Source of the DNA: Candidatus Latescibacterota bacterium
Lineage (GTDB): Bacteria; Latescibacterota; UBA2968
Direction: 5' to 3'
DNA: 64,000 bases
Assembly (NCBI GenBank): GCA_965208125.1
Contig: OZ242320.1
Coordinates: 448,001 to 512,000 of the forward strand
Shown here in pieces: positions 56,761 through 64,000 of the stretch. Position 1 is the stretch's first letter. Every line of letters starts with the position of its first letter. Below the pieces are notes generated by a model that did not search any database, was not told the origin of the DNA, and saw nothing but the letters and a program-made list of their open reading frames with translations. A program made the translations under genes and the position numbers.

Positions 56761-57651
56761 ATGCATAAAATTTCAGACTTCAAAATGTCGGAACAGCTTA
56801 GTCTGGACACAGGCTGGAGCATTGGTGAGAGAGCGTTTGAGAGAATAGAAACTTTGCTTCGTCAGATGTCTCCAGTAGAAAAAATTCTCGAATTTGGAAG
56901 TGGTCCGAGTTCTATCCGTCTGGCGATGGCGTTTTCTGAAGCCGAGGTTCTGTCTATAGAAGGCGACTGGCGGAATTATTTAGAGACCACGAGTCTGATG
57001 CGAGCATTATGGGATAAGCGCAATCTCTCGATCAAATATCGTCCAATTACACTTGAATCTTATGGAGACGCGGAATTTTTGACTTATGAAGATGGGATGT
57101 TTTGGGAGGAAGAGTTGGATTGCGTGATTATTGATGGTCCACCTGTCTATACCTTGCGAGGTCGAGAGGCGTGTCTCTACCAGGTTTATGATCAGATCAA
57201 GACTGGTGGTCTGGTTATTCTGGATGATTTCAGAAGGCGATTTGAGAAGCAAATTGTCAAGAACTGGCTGTCCGTCTATCCCGATAGTTTTACAGTGGCG
57301 ATTATCCGCGAAGACCACCATCTGGCCGTGCTGCACAAGATCAAATCCGTGACACCGTGTTGGGATGCGCCTTGTAGGCTTTCGGATGTTCAAACTGTCA
57401 GTAAAACTCGCGCTCGAATTGCAAAGGCATTATCGCATGTTGATGATGTATATTTGAGAACGTTGATCAAAGCTACTAACAGTGAAACAGATTTGATTGG
57501 CCTGTTCAATACCCTTCGCAACATCCATGGAGTGACGCCTGAGCATATCCAGGCGTTCGCGGACCGAACTACACTCCCACCGGAAACTCAAAAAAGAAAA
57601 CAGAATGCCTGTTATATGACAATCGTCAATGAGTTTTTCCAGAACGGTTAA
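56761..57651 (+). CDS. class I SAM-dependent methyltransferase-like protein
   Basis: ILEFGSGPSS, SIEGD, VIIDGPP...R, GGLVILDD; start may be ATG 56785. Confidence 0.8.
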   Translation: MHKISDFKMSEQLSLDTGWSIGERAFERIETLLRQMSPVEKILEFGSGPSSIRLAMAFSEAEVLSIEGDWRNYLETTSLMRALWDKRNLSIKYRPITLESYGDAEFLTYEDGMFWEEELDCVIIDGPPVYTLRGREACLYQVYDQIKTGGLVILDDFRRRFEKQIVKNWLSVYPDSFTVAIIREDHHLAVLHKIKSVTPCWDAPCRLSDVQTVSKTRARIAKALSHVDDVYLRTLIKATNSETDLIGLFNTLRNIHGVTPEHIQAFADRTTLPPETQKRKQNACYMTIVNEFFQNG

Positions 57652-57846
57652 ATGAAGACGAAGCGCGCTAACAGGCAGGGATAGTCAAACTATCTGCGTT
57701 CAGGCTCAAAAGTGATTGTCCCGAATTGAAATCTTTTCAAAATTGGCTGTAGATCATTTACTTGCTTAAAAACGGCATCCAAATGGGGAGCGCTCTATTA
57801 GATGCCGTTTGTTTTGCTTTTTTGGGTGGGCGACAGATTGTTAGTA

Positions 57847-58839
57847 ATGGGAGAAATATATCAATCAAAAAAATCCGGCCTCAATAAATGGCCGCTCATT
57901 GGACAGCATTCCTCACTCTTAGACGTGCAAAAGCGCGCGTACCGCGTGGCAAATAGCGAATTGCCCGTCAACATCAGTGGAGAAACTGGCACGGGCAAGG
58001 AATTGCTCGCCCGTTATGTTCACGGCATTAGCCACCGCAACAGGGGACCATTTGTAACCGTTGACTGCGGCATACTCTCTTCTGAAATGGCGCGCAGCGA
58101 GTTATTTGGACATGTTCGAGGTGCTTTTACCGGCGCCAGCGAAACGCGCACTGGACTGGTTGAATCTGCCCGAGGCGGTACGTTATTCCTCGATGAAGTA
58201 GGCGAATTGCCAGCCAATCTTCAGTTACAATTGCTCCGCCTGGTACAGGAACAGGAATTTCGCCGCGTAGGCGAAGCATCCATGCGCCGGTCCGATGTGC
58301 GCCTGATCACTGCGACACACTGCAACTTGCGAAAAATGGTGCGAAAAGGGACTTTCCGAGAAGATCTCTATTACCGCTTAACTGTCGTCCCTCTGCATTT
58401 GCCACCCCTGCGAAAGCGGATGAGCGATTTGCCACTTCTGGTCACGCATTTTTGCCAGGAAATGAAAGGATACACCCGCGCATTTTCCCCCGAAGTGATT
58501 CAAAAGATGTCGCGTTATGCATGGCCGGGCAATGTTCGGGAACTACAACACGAAGTCGCCCGATTAATGGTCATGGCCGAAGGTAAAATTATCCGCGTAT
58601 CCGATTTGCGCCCTCGCATTCGAGGATCCAAAGCAGAGGTCGATGTATTTGACCTCCCGTTTAAGGAAGCCAGACAACTGGCGAACAGCCAGTTTATGCG
58701 AGAGTATCTTCACAGAGCTTTGCAGCGAACACAGGGCAATGTAACCCAGGCAGCGCAACAATGCGGGATTGGCCGACAGTATTTCCAATTGCGTATGTCT
58801 GAATACGGGCTAAAGTCGGCATCTTACAAACAAAAATAA
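57847..58839 (+). CDS. sigma54-dependent activator lacking an N-terminal sensor domain (AAA+ plus Fis HTH)
   Basis: GETGTGKE, SELFGHVRGAFTGA, FLDEVGEL, FREDLYYRL, WPGNVREL, GNVTQAA; only about 15 aa precede the AAA+ domain. Confidence 0.92.
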   Translation: MGEIYQSKKSGLNKWPLIGQHSSLLDVQKRAYRVANSELPVNISGETGTGKELLARYVHGISHRNRGPFVTVDCGILSSEMARSELFGHVRGAFTGASETRTGLVESARGGTLFLDEVGELPANLQLQLLRLVQEQEFRRVGEASMRRSDVRLITATHCNLRKMVRKGTFREDLYYRLTVVPLHLPPLRKRMSDLPLLVTHFCQEMKGYTRAFSPEVIQKMSRYAWPGNVRELQHEVARLMVMAEGKIIRVSDLRPRIRGSKAEVDVFDLPFKEARQLANSQFMREYLHRALQRTQGNVTQAAQQCGIGRQYFQLRMSEYGLKSASYKQK

Positions 58840-58856
58840 TACCTCGCGGTGTACTA

Positions 58857-58890
58857 AAAAACGTCAATGGAAAAACCCATTGACGTTTTT
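58857..58890. terminator. bidirectional-type intrinsic terminator
   Basis: aaaaacgtcaatgg-N6-ccattgacgttttt. Confidence 0.75.
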
Positions 58891-58940
58891 CCTTGCAGGA
58901 CGTTTCTTGAGCTTATCTCAACTCTTCACAAGGACCTGTC

Positions 58941-61900
58941 ATGCAATACATCGCCGACATACACCTGCACTCGCGTTTTGCCCGCGCAACCAGCAAAGCC
59001 CTGAACCCCGAAAACCTGTATCGATGGAGCCTCATCAAAGGTCTAACCGTGGTCGGCACCGGAGATTTTACCCATCCCGTATGGTATGAAGAACTGCGCG
59101 ACCAACTCGAACCCGCCGAAGAAGGGCTATATCAATTGCGATCAGACCTCAGACGAGGTATCGACGCCGAATTGCCGCCAGCCTGCCGCGGACAAATGCG
59201 ATTTGTGCTCTCCGTCGAAATCAGTCTCATATACAAAAAAAACGACAAAACCAGAAAAATTCATCACGTCGTCCTGATGCCAAATTTTGATGCTGCAGCG
59301 CGCTTGAATGCCCGACTCGGCGCAATAGGCAATCTAAAATCAGATGGACGCCCCATCCTGGGCCTGGACAGCCGGGACCTGGTGGAAATTTGTCTGGAAA
59401 CGTGTGACGAAGTACTCTTTATACCCGCGCACATCTGGACCCCTCACTTCGCGGTCCTGGGCGCGAGTTCTGGATTCGACACCCTCGAAGAATGTTTTGA
59501 AGACATGCTCCCCCATATCTTCGCCGTAGAAACTGGCCTGTCTTCCGATCCACCCATGAACTGGCGCCTATCCATGCTGGACAACTACGCAATCGTCTCC
59601 AATTCAGACGCCCATTCCCCACAAAAGCTCGCCCGCGAAGCCACCTGCTTTAACACCGAATTATCCTTCCGCGGAATGTATGACGCATTAAAAGACCGCG
59701 ACCCAGCGCGATTTACAGGCACCCTGGAATTCTATCCCGAAGAAGGCAAATATCACTTTGACGGACATCGAAAATGCGATATATGCTGGAAACCCGTACA
59801 AACCCTCAACGCAAACGAAATCTGCCCAGTATGTAACCGCAAATTGACCGTCGGCGTACTCCACCGCGTTGAAAAACTCGCAGACCGCGCAGAAGGCGAC
59901 CGCCCCGAAGTGGCAATGCCCTTTGAAAATCTGATCCCACTGCCGGAAATCATCGGCTCGGTCCTCCAGGTAGGCCCCACCAGCAAGCGCGTACAAACCG
60001 TGTACGAACAAATGCTATCAACACACGGGGCAGAATTGAAAATCCTGCGCGAACTGTCCATCGAAAAAATCGCCCAAACAGGAGACCCCCTCATCGCCGA
60101 AGGCATTCGACGCATGCGCAAAGGAGAAGTTCACATTGCGCCGGGATACGACGGCGTGTACGGAAAAATTCAAGTCTTCTCCGACGAAGACCGCGCACGC
60201 CTGAGCGGGCAGGAATCGCTATTTCACATACCAGCCGCGGAGCCTGCAAAGGAGGCAGAAGAGAACCCGAGCCAAGACAAGAGCACAGAAACCGCGATAG
60301 TCAAAGATTCTCCCCTCACACGTCCCACTTCACACTTCACACTCCTCAACCCACACCAGCAAGCAGCCGTAACCATGGAAAAAGGTCCCGTCATCGTAAC
60401 AGCGGGACCCGGCACCGGAAAAACTCGGGTCCTCACCCATCGCGTCATCGACCTGATCCAGAACCGCGGCGTATCGCCCGCTTCTATAATAGCCGTAACA
60501 TTCACCAACCGCGCCGCGACTGAAATGTGGGAACGCATCGTATCACTATCCTCAGGAGGCGAAGAACTGGTACCCATGCGCGTAGGCACATTCCATCGGT
60601 TGGCATTAGACCTCCTGCGGGAATACGCCCCCGAACGGCTGGGCGCAATAGCCGACCGAGGAGAAGCCCGTACTGTATTGCAAGAAGCAATCGCCGACAT
60701 CGATACCGAAATATCGGTCGATGACGCACGCTCCCAGATCTCCCTATTCAAAGCTGAGGGACGGGAAATACCCGTCACCGACACTGAACTCCAAACCATT
60801 TACACAAATTATCAAAATCGCCTGACTGCTTATGGCCTGATGGACTTTGACGACATCTTGCTCATCCTCCACGACGTACTCGGCAGCGACATTTTGCGGA
60901 CAGTGCAAGCGCGTTTTTCCCATATACTCGTCGATGAATTTCAGGACATCAATGCCGTACAATACGCACTGATTCAAAAATTGGCCGGAGATGGGTCGGG
61001 CCTCTTTGTCATCGGCGACCCCGATCAAGCCATCTACGGTTTTCGGGGCGCGAGCGCGGAATATTTTGCACAATTAAAAACGGACTTTCCCGGAACAAAC
61101 GAAGTCATCCTACAGCACACATTTCGCTCCACCCCTCAGATCATCTCCGCAGCATCCAGCCTGCTCCGCGGAAGATCTTATGTCCCCGTACGAGAAAACG
61201 GTCCAAACCTGAGCGCTTTATCCACACCCGGCGAAACCAGTGAAGGCATTGCCATCGTAGAAGAAATCTCCCGAATGGTCGGCGGCGCAGACTTATTGCA
61301 AGCCAACGAAGAAGGCAAACGCAGTCTGGACGACTTCGCCGTCTTATTCCGCACCGGACGCCAGGCAGACGCCCTGGAAACGTGCTTCTTACAGGCCGGG
61401 ATCCCCTACCGCGTCGTCGGGCAAAAAAGCTATCTGGACGCGGCTTCGGTACAACACGCCCTATCGTTTTTTAAATGCGTCCTGAGGGATGACATTTCCA
61501 GCACCCCATCCACCAGAGATATAACCGACCTCCTCTCCATCCCCGCATTTGACCCCGGCAGAGAAGCGCGCGCATCAATACGCCGGCAAATTCAAGACAA
61601 CGCACTATCAGACACTGTACAGGAAAAATTAAACGCCGCGCTGGAAGCCGTAAATCGCTTCCGCAATGAAACATCCCACCTATCGCCTTCAGAACGCATA
61701 GCGAAGTGGACAGACGAATTTGCGACATCAGACGACATAGACATCGAGCGATTGAGCCTATTGGCTCAAGGCGTGGATACCATCGCGGAGCTATTGGACA
61801 TCATCACCCTGGGACAGGATGGCGACTTTGTGCGTCGTGGAAAGATAGCGCGTCCCGAAGCCGTCACACTCATGACCTTGCATGCGTCTAAGGGCCTGGA

Positions 61901-62171
61901 ATTTCCCGTGGTATTTATCTGTGGGGTTGAGGAAGGATTGATACCGCACGCCGATGCGGATATCGAAGAAGAGAAACGACTATTGTTTGTCGGCATAACC
62001 CGCGGACAAGACGAAGTAATTTTGACACGCGCCCGAAGCCGCAGACGCTTTGGCGAACGCATCGCACCCGAAATATCGCGCTTTGTAGCCGACATACCCG
62101 AAGAAGTGATCGAATTTGTAGATTTGCGAACCGAAAGACGCAAGCCCGCCGAACAATTATCCCTATTTTAA
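58941..62171 (+). CDS. PHP/endonuclease Q domain fused to UvrD/PcrA-like SF1 helicase
   Basis: ADIHLHSRFA, GTGDFTHP, PAHIWTP, ETGLSSD, SNSDAHS, zinc ribbon CPVC; then AGPGTGKT, VDEFQD, IGDPDQAIYGFRGA, TLHASKGLEF, EEKRLLFVGITR. Confidence 0.92.
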   Translation: MQYIADIHLHSRFARATSKALNPENLYRWSLIKGLTVVGTGDFTHPVWYEELRDQLEPAEEGLYQLRSDLRRGIDAELPPACRGQMRFVLSVEISLIYKKNDKTRKIHHVVLMPNFDAAARLNARLGAIGNLKSDGRPILGLDSRDLVEICLETCDEVLFIPAHIWTPHFAVLGASSGFDTLEECFEDMLPHIFAVETGLSSDPPMNWRLSMLDNYAIVSNSDAHSPQKLAREATCFNTELSFRGMYDALKDRDPARFTGTLEFYPEEGKYHFDGHRKCDICWKPVQTLNANEICPVCNRKLTVGVLHRVEKLADRAEGDRPEVAMPFENLIPLPEIIGSVLQVGPTSKRVQTVYEQMLSTHGAELKILRELSIEKIAQTGDPLIAEGIRRMRKGEVHIAPGYDGVYGKIQVFSDEDRARLSGQESLFHIPAAEPAKEAEENPSQDKSTETAIVKDSPLTRPTSHFTLLNPHQQAAVTMEKGPVIVTAGPGTGKTRVLTHRVIDLIQNRGVSPASIIAVTFTNRAATEMWERIVSLSSGGEELVPMRVGTFHRLALDLLREYAPERLGAIADRGEARTVLQEAIADIDTEISVDDARSQISLFKAEGREIPVTDTELQTIYTNYQNRLTAYGLMDFDDILLILHDVLGSDILRTVQARFSHILVDEFQDINAVQYALIQKLAGDGSGLFVIGDPDQAIYGFRGASAEYFAQLKTDFPGTNEVILQHTFRSTPQIISAASSLLRGRSYVPVRENGPNLSALSTPGETSEGIAIVEEISRMVGGADLLQANEEGKRSLDDFAVLFRTGRQADALETCFLQAGIPYRVVGQKSYLDAASVQHALSFFKCVLRDDISSTPSTRDITDLLSIPAFDPGREARASIRRQIQDNALSDTVQEKLNAALEAVNRFRNETSHLSPSERIAKWTDEFATSDDIDIERLSLLAQGVDTIAELLDIITLGQDGDFVRRGKIARPEAVTLMTLHASKGLEFPVVFICGVEEGLIPHADADIEEEKRLLFVGITRGQDEVILTRARSRRRFGERIAPEISRFVADIPEEVIEFVDLRTERRKPAEQLSLF

Positions 62172-63473
62172 AACATCGAGCATCTCGTGTACCGCATCGT
62201 GAATGCGGTCTTCTGTATCTTCAACGAAGGGACCCGTGCGTTTCCAGTGTTGCTGGTTGAACCAGACCTCGTAACCCCCTTCTGGGATCTGCCGTTTGAC
62301 GGGAATATAACCCACAATATCATTTGTATAAGCCACCACCAGAAGATTCTCAAAATAAGGCACCAGTTCTCTTTTCAAACGCAACCCGTGCTCCACATTC
62401 ATCTCTGCGGCAAGCCCGACTATTGCCAGCGCATCGCCAAAACGCACGGTCTGGATCTCAAACGGAAATCTGGTCGCAACCGGAATATTGTTTTCAACGC
62501 TCTCGAACAAATGTCGCGCCCATGCCCGTACATAGTCCGAACCGGCGTCCAGGCTGGCCTTGACCAGATCCATATCAATGGGCTCGGTCTCTATATTGAG
62601 CACCGTCTGAGCAATAGAAATCGGACCGCTGATGTGCCGCAGGTCTTGCGAAGCGAGCACCCGGGTAACGGACTCACCCAATTCGACGCCAATATCCCGG
62701 ATCTCATCAACCTCTCGCTGAACAAAAACTTTTGACATCGGATCGACGGGCTTCGTCTTCTGATCTCCGGCACAGCCCTGCAAAAAACAAGTCTCGACAT
62801 CGGAATACACCGCTTCAATATGATCACAAGCGAAACACACGTAATCCCCCCCAATAAGTGTCCCACTGCGGCTGGTAGGGTGACAGGCATAGCTGAAAAT
62901 AACACACCGCAACTCGCCTTCGAGAGATTCCACCGCAATAACCGGAACATCGTGGTCGTGAGGTGCTTCCAAAGAGGGCACCCACGCCACACCGCCCTTT
63001 CCATCTGGCTTTCGACGGGACCTCGCGATATCGCAACGCCCCGTACCAAAACGAAGGCGCGCGGGAGACCGATCTTCCCAGGCTATTTTTGCACAGCGCG
63101 CGACATTCTCAAAAAGATCCTTGAGATAATCGTCATCCAGTTCCCCGTGCCGCTCCCTGTCCATCTCCCGGATACAGGGACCGCAATGGGTATGCGAACC
63201 ATTGAGAATAATATGTGCCGGATCAATACCCGTGGCCGCGTTAATTCTGCGTCTCACCTCTTCGGTGCGTTCGTAAAAACCCAGAATCTCTGCACCGACG
63301 ATAAGCAGCGGTGTCTCACCGTCGTCTATCGCAACAGCCGTAGCCTTCAAAGGGTGATAAACCGCAGTAGAAGGCTCTTGCCGCGCCGCGAACCCGGCCA
63401 GATAAATCCCCACGGGCGGGGTAATATCGACCGTGCCGACGCCGACTTGATAGGTATTATTGGATGATGACAT
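62163..63473 (-). CDS. neutral/alkaline ceramidase N-terminal-like hydrolase
   Basis: VDITPP.G..LAGF, SHTHCGP, YACHPT, FLQGCAGD, GYIP...GGYE. Confidence 0.8.
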   Translation of the reverse strand: MSSSNNTYQVGVGTVDITPPVGIYLAGFAARQEPSTAVYHPLKATAVAIDDGETPLLIVGAEILGFYERTEEVRRRINAATGIDPAHIILNGSHTHCGPCIREMDRERHGELDDDYLKDLFENVARCAKIAWEDRSPARLRFGTGRCDIARSRRKPDGKGGVAWVPSLEAPHDHDVPVIAVESLEGELRCVIFSYACHPTSRSGTLIGGDYVCFACDHIEAVYSDVETCFLQGCAGDQKTKPVDPMSKVFVQREVDEIRDIGVELGESVTRVLASQDLRHISGPISIAQTVLNIETEPIDMDLVKASLDAGSDYVRAWARHLFESVENNIPVATRFPFEIQTVRFGDALAIVGLAAEMNVEHGLRLKRELVPYFENLLVVAYTNDIVGYIPVKRQIPEGGYEVWFNQQHWKRTGPFVEDTEDRIHDAVHEMLDVLK

Positions 63474-63485
63474 AACACATATTCC

Positions 63486-64000
63486 TTATAAGAACCGCGT
63501 GATCTGATAGACATCAATATCCGTCGCGAGATCTTTTTCCAAAACCAGATCCGCAATGAGTTTGCCACTATAGGGACCGAGTTGCAAACCCGTAGGACCG
63601 TGCCCGGTAGCGAGATAAATATTTCGAATACTGGGCACATGCCCCAACACCGGCAAATGGTCCTCCGTGTAAGGACGCAACCCAACCCGAATCTCCCGAA
63701 CCTCAGCCTGCCCCAGACCGGGCGCAACCCGCAGGGCCTCTGCGAGAACCTCGAGCATCCCTACAGCAGTAGTACGAGCTTCAAAACCGGATCCCGTCTC
63801 CCGCGTCGCCCCCACAACCACGCGGCCATCCGGCCAGGGAACCATATAGTGACCCCGCACCGCACTGATAATGGGCCAGGACGACGTATTCGTATCGCCC
63901 AGACCCAGATGAATAATCTGACCGCGCTGAGGCTCGACCGGAATATGAACGCCAAGCTGATCTCCAAACGCCTGCGACCAGGCCCCACCCGCAATAATAA
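63486..64000 (-). CDS. FAD-dependent oxidoreductase (glycine oxidase/DadA family), 3' part only
   Basis: YMVP..DGRVVVGAT.E, GLRP...D.LP.LG, ATGHG..G..LGP..G. Confidence 0.88.
   Translation of the reverse strand, partial: IIAGGAWSQAFGDQLGVHIPVEPQRGQIIHLGLGDTNTSSWPIISAVRGHYMVPWPDGRVVVGATRETGSGFEARTTAVGMLEVLAEALRVAPGLGQAEVREIRVGLRPYTEDHLPVLGHVPSIRNIYLATGHGPTGLQLGPYSGKLIADLVLEKDLATDIDVYQITRFL

Noticed and set aside
57770-57810. Hairpin aaacggcatc...gatgccgttt as a riboswitch or ncRNA
   Set aside because: A single imperfect stem with no recognisable family motif; at most a terminator-like element.

Overview
Bacterial chromosomal window, densely coding and mostly on the + strand. The mix of sulfatases, phytanoyl-CoA dioxygenases and ankyrin/HEAT/TPR proteins resembles uncultured marine or sponge-associated lineages (inference only). 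0-9 kb: a fatty acyl-CoA reductase divergent from an ndk-yceD-rpmF-fabH-fabD-fabG-acpP-fabF-rnc-lipoate ligase operon that lacks plsX. 9-22 kb: a translationally coupled cluster of unknown function (GlmL/MutL-family actin-like ATPase, barrel-sandwich/KOW protein, four membrane proteins), then orphan OppD/OppF ATPases and a zincin-PD40-beta-barrel protein. 23-35 kb: a sulfatase/fucosidase/dioxygenase block, purT and a decayed MNT-HEPN pair. 35.5-37.6 kb: a small foreign insert (GIY-YIG-like gene broken by one TGA, plus a DUF6884-like gene). 37.6-46 kb: mnmA, pheA, a LutB fusion and a YtrA-type GntR/ABC operon. The best candidate for an undescribed system is a compositionally distinct island at about 46.4-58.9 kb. 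A 1602-aa Ser/Thr kinase-STAND ATPase-TPR-GAF-sigma54 activator is followed by three palindromic enhancer-like sites and a consensus -24/-12 promoter. These precede a 59-aa single-cysteine peptide and an RRE-radical SAM/SPASM maturase, closed by a strong terminator. This looks like a sigma54- and kinase-controlled RiPP. Accessory genes and a second, sensor-less sigma54 activator follow. The window ends with an EndoQ(PHP)-UvrD fusion, a ceramidase-like gene and a partial FAD oxidoreductase. No rRNA, tRNA or CRISPR array was recognised. All family assignments come from motif recognition by eye, not from database searches.
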